Positions 46,826-59,353 of a DNA stretch of 64,000 nt are shown in pieces. The position numbers were made by a program, and so were the translations under genes. Under the pieces are notes generated by a model. That model was given only the letters and a program-made list of their open reading frames with translations, ran no database searches and had not been told where the DNA came from. The stretch lies in NCBI GenBank assembly GCA_030390025.1, contig CM059433.1:4154001-4218000 (forward strand), read 5' to 3'. This DNA is from Squalus acanthias. Taxonomy: Eukaryota. Within the stretch, counting starts at the first letter, position 1. Each line of letters starts with the position of its first letter.

Positions 46826-48691
46826 TGATGGCAGATCCACGCCCCAGGGAGAGAACCCGCAGATTTTCGGACCAAGCATTGGAGGAGTTGGTGTCCGCTG
46901 TGGAGAGATGGAGGGCGGTGCTCTACCCGGCAAGTGGCAGGAGGCCCTCGTCGCAAGTCTTCCGTGCCATGTGGAGGGAGGTTGCCCATCAGGTCTCGGG
47001 CAGCACTGTGCTTCCCAGGACACAGACACATTTAATTTAACGACAAAACTCGGGTGGTCAGCGTGAGTCAATGCCTCAATAAATGCTACATACCACCATC
47101 TGAACCACAGTCTGCACACACTGCCCAAAGCACCACACCCCCAGCACTCACCCACCAACAATCTCTACTTACCAACACTCACACCCACATCTCACACCTT
47201 GCACACAATGACAGCTATTCAACTATGGCAGGCACATCACCCAAACACATTGCTCCACACTCACACACTTTCCTTTCTCTTGCAGGCCAAGGTGGATCAC
47301 AACAGGAGGGAGCAGGAGTGCACAGGCGGGGGACAAGCCGACACCCAACCACTGTCTGCGCTGGAGAATAGAGTGCTGGAGATCATTGGGCGCCAGGTGG
47401 TGGGCGCTGTGGCCATCAGCAACGTTGACCCCCTATGTTCATCCCGACTCCTTCTATTCACATCCCATTTCCCCCTCACCCCACAAGCCTTTCGCACTTT
47501 CCAGCTAATCATGCTGTATGCATGCATTTCTCCCTTCCTGCCCCCCTCCCCTCACTTTAACCAGACTCTTGTGCCTTTATGCTTTCAGATAATGAGCAAG
47601 CACCTGAGCAGCCTGTCCCTGAGGGCACCGTTGAGAGGCGGGAGAAGAGGAGGAGGAAGAACACACAGCGTCACTGCATGTCTCACCTGCGTTCTTTAGA
47701 GGCTAGTATAGTAGCGGGATCTGCACAGGGTGATGCACCGGGGACGAGTGGGCTGCAGCAAGATCAGGGGGAAAGGGTAGCTCAGGGGCCAGCTCCCGGA
47801 GGGCGAGTTCGTGCATGAGTTCTGCTGCACAGGACGCAGATAAGGACCTTGATGGGGAGGCCTTTAGGAAAAAGGGTGATGGGCATGAACACGGAGATGA
47901 TAGGTGCAATGGCAAGGGTGCCTGAGAGCCTGTCAGCAATGGTAAGGAGTGGGGAGGAGTCCAACTCCAACATTGCACAGAGCTCTGCGCACACCATGGA
48001 GCCCATCATTTCCAGTTTGGACAGGATGGTAGACTCCCAGAGAGACCATGGCGACCCAGACCTGATGCCGCGTGTGATGGGCGATCTGGCAGTTTCCATT
48101 GCAGCACAGGCGGAAGCGACACAACATCTTAGTGCTGTAATGAAGTCTATGCTTGGTGTCATCCAATCTCAGACTGCTCTCATGCAGTCTCAGCTTGATG
48201 CCACACAAGCTCTGACTGCTGCCATTGTGGCTGGGTCCACCACAGTCAACCGGGGCTTTCACGGTGTCGCAGCAGGCCAGCATTCTGTGCTCCAACAGAT
48301 TGCTAGGGATGCTGAGGTGCTGCCCCGGGGGAGTGGCAGTGGGTCAGTGGAGCAGGAAGCTGCTGACCTCTCTCAGGATGACAGCATTCCTGCTCCCACC
48401 ACTGCCACTCCGCCATTGCCCTTGTCGCTGCCTGTCATCCAGCCAGCCCAGATTGCTGCTGCCCATGCTGAGGTGGTGCAGTCTACAGCCAGGCCTTCCT
48501 GGTCCAGAGCTGGTCGAGGGGGTCCTGCAAGGCCATCTGAAGTCTCCCGCACGGACACTCAGCAGCCTTCCACCAGCCGTGCTGCAGCCACTGGGCCAAC
48601 ACTTCATAGGAGCACTAGAGTAGGCAAAGGCACAGTAACGAGAGGCACTAAGGGATTGCACAAGAGTGAATCGTTAATATTGTTGTTGTAA
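46826..48691 (+). pseudogene. Harbinger Myb/SANT-like (trihelix) DNA-binding protein gene, about 3 exons, disrupted
   Basis: RRFSDQALEELVSAVE...W.EVA...RT then FND.TRVV after a frameshift. Donor GTGAGT at 47063, acceptor ttgcag before 47286 (AKVDHNRREQECTGGG), acceptor tttcag before 47589, and a low-complexity tail ORF at 47849..48691. Confidence 0.8.
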
Positions 48692-48838
48692 AAATATGTT
48701 CACTGATTATTGATAAATTTATGAATTCACTTCAGATAATTTTGTACTGTCTCTCATTTCAGCTTTGCGCTGTGACATGGCCTGCGACAGGGATGGAACG
48801 ATGGGGATGTGGTGAGCAACGGGGATCTGGGGTTTAAT

Positions 48839-49979
48839 TTACTGGCACCACAGTCTGATGAGGTGATCACGGACCGCCCTTCCGGAAGGCCGATTGAGTG
48901 GCTGCCTCCTCCCTCGCTCCTGTTCTTCCTGCTCCTCCTCCTCCTCCTTTCCCTCTTCCTCCTCCTGAGGTGGTCCCGCAATCCCTGGTGGCAAGGGCTG
49001 CGCCCTCATGATGGCCAAGTTGTGGAGAATACAGCAGACCACGACGAAATGGGACACCCGCTCTGCGAGTACTGGAGGGCTCCTCCCGAGCGGTCAAGGC
49101 AGAGGAACTGTTGCTTGAGCACCCCATTATATGAGTGCTGTGCCGGAGTGTTGGGGTTGCGGAGGGGAGTCATGCACCAGGGGGAGAGCGGATAGCCGTT
49201 GTCTCCGACCAGCCACCCTCGAGCTTGATGCGATGGCTGGAAGAGTGCTGGCACACCGGTCTGGCGCAGGATGAAGGCATCGTGGCTGCTGCCAGGATAG
49301 CGGACATTGACATTCAGGATTCGCTGCCTGTGGTCGCACACCAACTGCACATTAAGTGAATGGTAGCCTTTGCAGTTACAGAAGATCTTGGGATTGTTAT
49401 GCGGTGCCCGCAAAGCCACATGGGTACAGTCAATGGCGCCCTGCACGATGGGGAAGCCCGCTATCCTGGCATTGTCACATGCACGCTCATCCTGCTTCTC
49501 TCTGGTGATGGGGAAGGGAATGTAATCCTTTCTCCTGCTGTAGAGAGCCTCTGTGGCGTCCCGGATGCAGCGATGGATGGCGAACTGTGAGATGTTCGCT
49601 ATTTCTCCTGTTGCAGACTGGAAGGAACCGCTGGTGAAGAAATTGAGGGCGACGGTGACCTTGACTGCCACTGAGAGAGCAGTGATCACCCTGATCCAAG
49701 GCTCGAGGTCTGGTTGCAGGAGGTGGCAGAGTTCTGTGATCACCTCCTTGGTGAAGCAGAGCGTTCCAATACACTGCTCCTCGCTTAATTGAAGGTAGGA
49801 GAATTGCTGTCAGAAGACCCTCGGGGGGTAAGGCCTCCCGTTGAGAGCCTGATGGCCCTTCTCCTCCCTCTGGCCACATGTTCCAGTCTTTCTCGCTGCC
49901 TCCGCTCCCTCCGCAGTAGATCCTGGAGGGCGAGGTCGACTGCCAGTACAGCCCCCATTAATGTAAGGAAGTGCAGCAC
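48839..49979 (-). pseudogene. HARBI1-like DDE transposase, frameshifted
   Basis: KVTVALNFFTSGSFQ, GFPIVQGAIDCTHVAL, KGYHSLNVQLVCD, YPGSSHDAFIL, GDNGYPL, LKQQFLCLD and CCILHNLA. Confidence 0.9.
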
Positions 49980-51048
49980 TTTGATATTTTGTGAGAATAA
50001 ATGTAACTAACTTTTCGAAGCCGCAACACTCCGGAGACTAATCAACCTTTAAATGACTGATTTAAACTGTTGCACAATGTCAAACTGACAAGGAAGCAGT
50101 GAAACAGCACTAGCATGACAGCTGCGACACATTACTCATGATCCCTTTAAGTAGCGCTCCTGGAGCCGGCTTCTGACTGCTTCATGCCTCCGCTCCCTGT
50201 CGCTGTCGGGGTGAGGTGCTAAGGGAGGGGGCAATACTTAGTTTGGCAGATCGGGCACCCAGTGAGTGTTGTACGCTCACTGACGTCATGATCTGCCTGG
50301 TGCTGAAGTCCCCGGCGCTAACTCGTAGTGGTGGCACTACGGAGGGGGGGGGGGGGGGCTGCCAAATTTGGTGTATGGCGCTGGATTCACCTCGCCACGG
50401 TGCTACTGCCTCAGCGCCCCGTTAGCGCCCCCGCCAGTTGCTAACTGGAGGCGCTAACCAACCGAATTTCTCCTCCTCTGTTTTCTGTTTTGTAGCCAGC
50501 TTGTTATGCATTCTGCTACTTGTCCCCTGACTCCACCTGCTCTGACCTAAGTCATGAGTCGATTATCGAAGGTCTTTTGAAAATCCAAATATTTTACATC
50601 TACTATGTTACCCTTGTCTACTCTTTCTGTTACTTCCTCAAAGAACTCAATAAGGTTGAACATTGTAACAGAAATATTACAAAAAGATCAATGGATCATA
50701 TCCATATATTTTAAATTGCACACATTTCAGATGAGATTTTTTAATTTTTAGATTTCTTTTATTTTAGAAAATGCCAAAATTTAATAAGCTTGATTAAAAT
50801 TTTATCACAGCTTTAATACTTAAAATGTTTATTTTTGTCAAAAGGTTAGTTAATTATTGCTAAAAAATTAATTGCTCATAATGCATACCTAGCAGGGAGA
50901 TTAGGGAGGAGTCCATGGGGGAAGAAGCAATGGATCAGCTGAGCCTTTGAGGACACCAGAATCCTGGAAAATTCATCAAATAAAGGCTGGATTTTCCTCT
51001 GCAAATCCGCCTGAAATCAAGTGGGATCACAACAGGGAATGAAAGAAT

Positions 51049-51510
51049 ACGGGACTGTCGTATGAGAAGAGATTGAGTAAACTAGGCCTGTATTCTCTTG
51101 AATTCAGAAGAATGAGAGGGGATCTCATTGAAGCATACAAAATTATTACAGAGCTTGATAGGGCGGATGCTGGGAGAATGTTTCCCTTGGCTGGGGAGTC
51201 TAGAACCAGGGGCCACAGCCTCAGGATAAAGGGTAGGCCATTCAGGACTGAGATGAGAAGAAATTTCTTCACACAGAGGGTGGTGAATCTTTGGAATTCT
51301 CTACCCCAGAGGGCTGTGGAGGCTCAGTCATTGGGTATATTCAAAACAGAAGTCGATAGATTTCTGACTAGTAAGGGCATCAAGGGATATGGCAATAGGG
51401 CTGGTGAATGGAATTGAGGCAGAAGATCAGCCATGATCTCATTGAATGGCGGAGCAGGCTCGAAGGACTGAATGGCCGACTCCTGCTCCTATTTCTTATG
51501 TTCTTATGTT
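51049..51510 (+). mobile_element. CR1 3' end, near-identical to 14432-14870
   Basis: ORF 51073..51417 differs from the end of 13984..14799 at only a few residues. Confidence 0.93.
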
Positions 51511-52100
51511 AATAACGCTGTCTCACCACCTGACCTCTATTCCCCTCGCCTCTGCCCCCCACTGGGTCTGCCACTTAACTCTCCTTCCCTGCCTGCCACA
51601 TGTAAATGGCACTCGGGGTCATTTCCCTCCCATCCACCTAGGTTACCACCGCTTCCCGGTGCTACCGTGGGAAAAGTTGTGGCAGGGCCCCGGAAAGCAG
51701 CCAGAGGTCTCCCTTGGAGGGAGAGGACCGTGTAGCAGCTTTGGTTCCCTGCTGTCTAGCTCATAACACTTACCTACTGAAATCTCGTATCTCAGCAAGG
51801 CTTTTGGTGAGACATATATTCCCATATTCATAATGCTTCTGCTTCTTCAGGGTCCTAGCTGCAGTACCATCAAGATTCAGGTTTTTGCACTGGCAGGCTC
51901 CCTTTCGATGGTGGGGGCCCTGCAAGCGTATCTGACGAACCCCGACCCATGATTTGGGGTTGCGATGGATTCAGAGGAGTGGTCCAGCCCAAAGAGCAGA
52001 ACCCTCGATCAAAGGGTTCCCATACCACCTTGGAAACAATTTCTGCTTTCAACACTTGTATCCCCTGTCAGGCTTTTAGATATTAATGCTTTCCCCCCCA

Positions 52101-52361
52101 CCCGTCTGCTCTCTCAGGTGGACGTAAAAGATCCCATGGCACTATTTCGAAGAAGAGCAGGGGAGTTATCCCCAGTGTCCTGGCCAATATGGTCATTATC
52201 ACATTGCTGTTTGTGGGAGCTTGCTATGCACAAATTGGCTGCCGCATTTCCTACATTACAACAGTGACTCCACTTCAAAAAGTACTTCATTGGCTGTAAA
52301 GTGCTTTGAGACGTCCAGTGGTCGTGAAAGGCGCTATATGAATGCAAGTCTTTCTTTCTTT
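52101..52361 (+). mobile_element. 5'-truncated DeuSINE
   Basis: Core and tail only. Confidence 0.85.
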
Positions 52362-53082
52362 CCAACACCAGTGAAAGATGTTGAAGTTACATTAATCCTT
52401 TGTCTCACTGCACTTTTCACTTATTCATTTTCACAGGTCATAAGTTATATTCAGAGGCATTTTTGAGTTATCAGCTTTTCTGGGTTCAAGTCTGCTTTTT
52501 AAAGTTATTGGTCAGCATTTTCTGGGTTATCATGCACACAGCAAAATATGTGTTTATCGGCTGTGATGTTATCAGTAGGTTTCTAATAATCATTATAATA
52601 GATCTTGCATTCAAAACAGCATTTAGTCAGAAAAAACAGGTAAAACGCAGGTGACCTGGGTCGGATGGGATTTGCTTGTGGAATTAAAAAGTAAGCCCCT
52701 CTTGCTGTTCACTCACACAGGGAAAGAAGCAGTTCCTTCTTATGTTAGCTAACATCCTGTTTATTCACCATTTTGTCCCTCTAGAAATAACAGCCTACTG
52801 TTAGCAGCCACACAGGAAGTTATCAGATACAACCACGACCTGATGGCATTCAGGCACAGTAAAAAACAATCTGCTGTACTACCAACTTCTAAAAACAATT
52901 TGCTATTTCACTGAAGTCAGGCATCTTAAGTCTTTTTAAATCCAGAAAACTGAAGCCTTATTTGGGAAAATAACAGCATCAGAAATAGAACAGAGGAGGA
53001 TTATCTATTGTATTATTTTCCAATTATTAGCCTTGTGCTGATTTGTGATTAAACAACTGGTTTGTACATCGGCAATAATCGT

Positions 53083-54098
53083 CAATCGTCAATCATCTCA
53101 GCCCCAGGACATCGCTGCAGGAGTTCCTCAGGGCAGTGTCCAAGGCCCAACCATCTTCAGCTGCTTCATCAATGACCATCCCTCCAACATAGGGTCAGAA
53201 ATGGGGATGTTCGCTGATGACTGCACAGTGTTCAGTGCCATTAACAACTCCTCAGATAATGAAGCAGTCCATGCAATAAGACCTGGACGACGTTCAGGTT
53301 TGGGCTGATATGTGGCAGGTAACATTCGCGCCACACAAGTGCCAGGCAATGACAATCTCCAACAAGCAAGAGTCTAACCACCTCCCCTTGACATTCAACG
53401 GCATTACCATTGCCAAATCCCCCACCATCAACATTCTGGGGGTCACCATTGACCAGAAACTTAACTGGACCAGCCACATAAATACTGTGGCAACAAGAGC
53501 AGGTCAAAGGCTGGGTATTCTGCGGCGAGTGTCTCACCTCCTGACTCACCAAAGCCTTTCCACCATCTACAAGGCACAAGTAAGGAGTGTGATGGAATAC
53601 TCTCCACTTGCCTGGATGAGTGCAGCTCCAACAACACTCAAGAAGCTCGACACCATCCAGGACAAAGCAGCCCGCTTGATTGGCACCCATCCACCACCTT
53701 AAACATTCACTCCCTCCACCACCGGCGTACCGTGTCTGCAGTGTGTACCATCTACAAGATGCACTGCAACAACTCACCAAGGCTTCTTCGGCAGCACCTC
53801 CCAAACCCGCGACCTCTTCCACCTAGAAGGACAAGGGCTCATGGGAACACCACCACCTCCAAGTTCCCTCCAAGTCATACACCATCCTGACTTAGAAGTA
53901 TATCGGCTGATCTTTCATCGTCGCTGGGTCAAAATCCTGGAACTCCCTCCCTAACAGCACTGTGGGAGTACCTTCACCACACGGACTGCAGTGGTTCAAG
54001 AAGGCAGCTCATCACCACCTTCTCGAGGGCAATTAGGGATGGGCAATAAACTCTGGCTTTGCCAACGATGCCCACATTCCATAAACGAATAAAAAAAA
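53083..54098 (+). mobile_element. 5'-truncated LINE (family of 2683)
   Basis: GVPQGSV.GPTIFSCFIND, FADD, the C-terminus and the shared tail. Confidence 0.92.
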
Positions 54099-54789
54099 TC
54101 GTTAGATCAATGATATTCATCACTTTAATTGAGACCTATCACCTTCTCATAGGAGAACCTTGCTTTTTTTTTGCTTTCCTCCAAGCTTCATGCCTATTCT
54201 CCCCTATTGTTCTACAGGTAGTGACTCATGTTATAATACTGTTCCAAAGGTGGCAGCAGTCTTCTAGTACCTTGCCAAAGTGGCCATTCTTCAAGTACGA
54301 TTCCAGACTGTGAGTATCAATAGCTTATTCCACTATTAAGCCATTCTAGCCAAGTCCAATCCTCCCTTCTCTTGACATCCAGTGCCTCAGCTGAGAACCA
54401 ATAACTCAGCACAGCTCTGGATTCGAACCCATGGCCTTTCTAGTTGATATTACAGACACACAGCAAGAATGCCAATCGGACCTCAGACATTACGGGGGAG
54501 ATTTTATGAAATGATGCTCTAAGTGCGGGACCTCACCGCACTCCCAGATCCTAACAGAACAAACCAAGGACACCAAAATCCACCTCCAAAACAAAAACCC
54601 TCAACAGATATGAAAAGAAAACAAAAGTCTTCACCTGCTTTTCCCTCTCTCCCTCCCCCTCTCTAGTATTAATTATTCAATTTCATACATTTCCTTGTTT
54701 CTTATCCACACTTACTGTTTTATTTGTACACCTTTGCTTCTTTCTTAATTGTGGCTTGAAGTAGTGTTGTGCAATATTAGTATGTTAGT

Positions 54790-55770
54790 AGAATCATAGA
54801 ATCATAGGATCGTTACAGCACATTAGGAGGCCATTCGGCCCGTCGAGCCCGTGCCGGCTCTCTGCAAGAGCACTTCAGCTAGTCCCACTCCCCCGCCCTT
54901 TCCCCGTAGCCCTGCAATTGTTTTTCATTCAGGTACTTATCCAATTCCCTTTTGAAAGCCACAATTGAGTCTGCCTCCACCACCCTTTCTGGCAGTGCAT
55001 TCCAGATCATAACCACTCACTGTGTAAAAAAGTTTTTCCTCATGTCGCCTTTGGTTCTTCTGCCAATCACCTTAAATCTGTGTCCTCTGGTTCTTGACCC
55101 TTCCACCAATGGGAACAGTTTCTCTCTATCTACTCTGTCTAGACCCCTCATGATTTTGAACACCTCTATCAAACCTCCTCTCAATCTTCTCTGCTCCAAG
55201 GAGAACAACCCCAGCTTCTCCAGTCTATCCACGTAACTGAAGTTCCTCAACCCTGGAACCATTCTTGTAAATCTTTTCTGTACCTTCTCTAAAGTCTTCA
55301 CTTCCTTCCTAAAGTGCGGTGCCCAGAATTAGACACAATACTCCAGTTGTGGCCAAACCAGTATTTTATAAAGGTTCATCATAACTTCCTTGCTTTTGTA
55401 CTCTATGCCTCTATTTATAAAGCCCAGGATCCCGTATGCTTTTTTAACCACTTTCTCAACCTGCCCTATCACCTTCAACGATTTATGCACATATACCCCC
55501 AGGTCCCTCTGTTCCTGTACCCCCTTTAAAATTGTACCCTTTAGTTTATATTGCCTCTCCTCATTCTTCCTTTCACACTTTTCTGCATTAAAATTCATCT
55601 GTCATGTGTACGCCCATTCCACCAGCCTATCTATGTCCTCTTGAAGTCTATCACTATCCTCCTCACTGTTCGCTATACTTCAAAGTTTTGTGTCTTCCAT
55701 AAATTTTGAAATTGTGCCCTGTACACCAAGTCCAAATCATTAATATATATCAAGAAAAGCAGTGGTCCTA
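54790..55770 (-). mobile_element. 5'-truncated CR1
   Basis: ORFs 55017..55301 and 55329..55598, with an (ATTCTATG)n tail. Confidence 0.92.
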
Positions 55771-55866
55771 GGATGGTGACAAACTTTTGAGGGCAGCCGA
55801 ATTTGCGGAGGACACTCCATAATCCCTCACGGTCGTAAGAGAAGTCTCTCGAGCGATGTTCTACTT

Positions 55867-56389
55867 GTGCACTACGACACAGAGCGTGAGCTTAAGTTAG
55901 CGTGTGATGCTTCTAGTTACGATGTGGGAGCTGTCATAAGCCACATAATGGATGACGGCCAAGAGAAACCAATCGCGTTCGCATCGCGAAACCTCACAAA
56001 GAGCGAAAGAAACTACACGCAAATTGAAAAGGAAGCACTCGCCATAGTGTTTGGAATCAAGAAATTCCAACAGTTCCTGATCGGCAGAAAGTTTATCCTG
56101 ATAACTGATCACAAACCGCTCCTAGCAATATTGGGGCCCAAATCTGCCATCCCTGCAATGGTCGCATCAAGAATGCAATGTTGGGCAGTGTTGTTGTCAC
56201 AATTTGACTACACGATTGAATATCGCAAGTCAGAACGCAATCACAGCTGCCTTGTCCAGGTTGCCACATGAAGATTCATGTGTTGGGAGTGAAGATGCTA
56301 TTTTCAAGCTAGGTGCAGTTGACAAAGACTTTCCCGTGTCTGCAACTGAGACTGCAGATGAGACGCAAAAGGACTCAGAACTGAAATGA
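55867..56389 (+). pseudogene. Gypsy pol RNase H-like domain fragment
   Basis: ORF 55867..56271 and its frameshifted continuation 56204..56389 (ALSRLP). Confidence 0.85.
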
Positions 56390-56406
56390 GTGTATGAAAA
56401 TGCCTT

Positions 56407-57109
56407 GGGGGAGAAATGCTCCTCCATTGCGCCACCCGTGGGGGGCGCTAACGGGGCGCAAAGGCCTTTACACCCGGCAACGGCGCTGACCGCGCCTCCC
56501 GCCAAATTCCGCGGGAGTTAGCGGCTACACTATCGGGTTGTGCCCCGATCTCATGACATCATCTCCGGGCGCATCACCCCGGCAGAAAAATTCCCCTTCG
56601 CCCCCTGCAGCAGCGCTGGGCGATGGCAGGGACTGCTGCAGGGGACGCGAGCAGGGCGGCCGGCCGCTAGTAGGGCCGAAGTTAAAGGTGGCCGGCGGCC
56701 CTGAAAAAAATGTCGGCTTTTTTGAAAAATCTTCTTTTTGCTCCGGACGCAGGTCCGTGCCGTGTCCAGTCAGCCCGGCACTCTGCTGATCGCGCGGCAC
56801 CCCCGCTCACCAAAGCTGCAGGTAAGTTCAAAAAAACTGCAGAGTTCGCAGCGTGATGCCCTTCCCTTTAATTCAGGGATGAGCCCCTGCAAAGCGTCAG
56901 CGCCACGCGGCCCAGTGCCTGGCGCTGCTGAGCCGTGCGCCCCGGGTCACCAACTTCCTCCCCTCTTCCGCTCCAAGAAGGCTCCACTTCCTTCTTGGAG
57001 CAAAAAGTGGGAATTTTATAAAGGCTGGAAGAGGTTAGCGCCTGGCGCTAACTTTTCCAGCATTTCTGATTTAGCGCTTCAAACGGGGCTCGAGGAGAAT
57101 TTCTAGATC
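56407..57109. mobile_element. Harbinger-type MITE inside Gypsy pol
   Basis: TIRs gggggagaaatgctcctc and gatctagaaattctcctc (rc) with a CTT/CTT TSD. Removal restores YENALNGW. Confidence 0.85.
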
Positions 57110-59353
57110 CTTGAATGGATGGACTGATCAGTGTATGGACACAGAGTTGAAACCATTCCATAACCATTTACATGAATCTTGTCATTCATGTATGAAGTAA
57201 TACTGGGCGGCCTGCTGGTGGCGCTGTCCAGGGAGAGAATAAATACTCGGGCATGGGCCCAGCTTGCTTAGGACATTCCTCAACAGGAACTAGTGAAGGA
57301 CACAACTAGATCTCCATGATGAAAAACAGTTGATTAAAGCTTTGTTTAACGCTTAGACCAAGTGCCTAGTAGTTTTCTTACATCAACCGTCGTACTGAAT
57401 TGTCATGTGAGCAAGGTTGTATCAAGTGGGGAAACAGAGTGGTGGTACCTACTTCTTTGAGAGATAGAATTCTGGCCAAACTTCATACTGAACATCCAGG
57501 GATCGTCAGCATGCAAGCAGCTTTATTTACTGTCCAGGATTGGATAGTGATCTTGAACCACTTGATCATGAAGACATACATGAGTTTGACTCAGTTCAGA
57601 CTTCAGGTTCAGATTGAAGGTTCAAACAAGTCTGAGATAGAAACAGGATCATCTTTGAGTTCGGAACCAAAACAAAACAGCCCAAAATTTGGTTCAACAC
57701 CAAAACCTTCTGCAAGGAGATCAGGAAGGCTCCACAAACCTGTTATTAAACTGGATTTGTAGTTCATTTAAAAGAAAAAAAAGCCGGGAGTTTTTGTTAT
57801 GTGGTACATGTAATGCTGGGAAAGGTGGGACCATAGTTTACACAGGATTACATCGGATATACGGCACAGAAACAGGCCGTTCGGCCCAACCAGTCCATGC
57901 CGGTGTTTATGCTCCACTCGAGCCTCCTCCCGTCTTTCCTCATCTAAATCTATCAGCATAACCCTCTATTCCCTTCTCCCTCATATGCTTGTCTAGCCTC
58001 CCATTAAATGCATCTATACTATTCGCTTCAATCACTCCCTGTGGTAGCGAGTTCCACATTCTCACCACTCTCTGGGTAAAGAAGTTTCTTTTGAATTCCC
58101 TATTGGATTTCTTGGTGACTATCTTATATTGATGGCCTCTAGTTATGCTCCTCCCCACAAGTGGAAACATTCTCTCTGTATCTACTCTATCAAAACCTTT
58201 CATAATTTTAAAGACCTTTATTAGGTCACCCCTCAGCCTTCTCTTTTCAAGAGAAAAGAGACCCAGCCTGTTCATCCTTTCCTGATATGTATACCTTCGC
58301 ATTTCTGGTATCATCCTTGTAAATCTTCTCTGCACCCTCTCCAGTGCCTCTATATCCTTTTTATAATATGGTGACCAGAACTGTACGCAGTACTCTAAGT
58401 GTGGTCTAACCAAGGTTCGATACAGGTTTAGCATAACTTCCCTACTTTTCAATTCTATACCTCTAGAAATAAACCCTAGTGCTTGGTTTGCTTTTTTTAT
58501 GGCCTTGTTAACCTGTGTCGCAACTTTTAGTGATTTGTGTATTTGTATTCCGAGATCCCTTTGCTCCTCTACCCCACCCAGACTCGCACCCTCCAAGTAA
58601 TAAGTGACCTCCCTATTCTTCCTACCAAAATGTAATACCTCACATTTATCTGTGTTGAACTTCATTTGCCAATTATATGCCTATTCTGCAAGTTTATTAA
58701 TGTCCTCCTGTAATTTGTTGCAGTCCTCCTCAGTATTGACTGTACCCCCCCCCCAATTTGGTGTCATCCGCAAATTTAGAAATTGTGTTTTTGATCCTAA
58801 GTCTAAATCGTTAATATAAATTGTGAACAACTGTGGTCCCAGCACTGATCCTTGTGGAACACCACTACCCACCTTCTGCCACTGTGAATAACTACCTTTT
58901 ACCCCTACTCTCTGCTTTCTGTCTTGAAGCCAGCCAGCAATCCATTCTGCTACATGTTCCCTGACTCCGCATTCTCTGACCTTGTTCATCAGTCTATTAT
59001 GGGGTACCTAATCGAAGGCCTTTTGAAAATCTAGATAAATTACATCTATTGCTTTACCATTGTCTACTGTTACCTCTTCAAAAAATTCAATGAGGTTGGT
59101 CAAGCAAGACTTTCCCTTTTGAAATCCATGCTGATTATTCATTACTATGTTTTTGGTTTCTAGATGTTCTTCTATTTTCTCCTTTAGTAGGGATTCCATT
59201 ATTATTCCTACCACCGATGTTAAGCTGACTGGTCTATAGTTCCCTGGACATGTTCTATCCCCCTTCTTAATTATCGGTATTACGTTAGCTATCTGCCAGT
59301 CCTCTGGCACTACACCTTTTTCTAACGAATTATTGCTGTTCTACATTGTTGTT

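Larger units (their letters stand above)
46503..50476. mobile_element. PIF/Harbinger DNA transposon, autonomous-type, decayed (3,974 bp)
   Basis: TIRs gggggcgaaaatc and ggaggagaaattc (rc), TCT/TCT TSD inside a CR1, and two convergent genes. Confidence 0.92.
44990..50660 (-). mobile_element. CR1 fragment split by a SINE and the Harbinger element
   Basis: ORFs 45099..45335 and 46038..46430 (GPLLFTIYI, KFADD). The sequence resumes at 50477 and is collinear with the 57838-59350 copy. Confidence 0.85.
55840..57835 (+). mobile_element. Gypsy LTR-retrotransposon remnant (RNase H, integrase N-terminus, PPT, start of 3' LTR)
   Basis: LACDASSY.VGAVI, PIAFASR.L...ERNY.QIEKEALAIVFG, LITDHKPL, then LH.EHPG and RRSGR...P.KLDL*. 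A purine-rich tract precedes TGTTATG at 57795. Confidence 0.88.

Noticed and set aside
48839..49979. Domesticated host HARBI1 gene
   Set aside because: It is frameshifted, lies within TIRs and a TSD, and is inserted into a CR1, so it is a transposon copy.
14432..51510. Segmental duplication between 14432-14870 and 51049-51510
   Set aside because: Identity stops at the CR1 boundaries and the flanks are unrelated, so these are independent young insertions.
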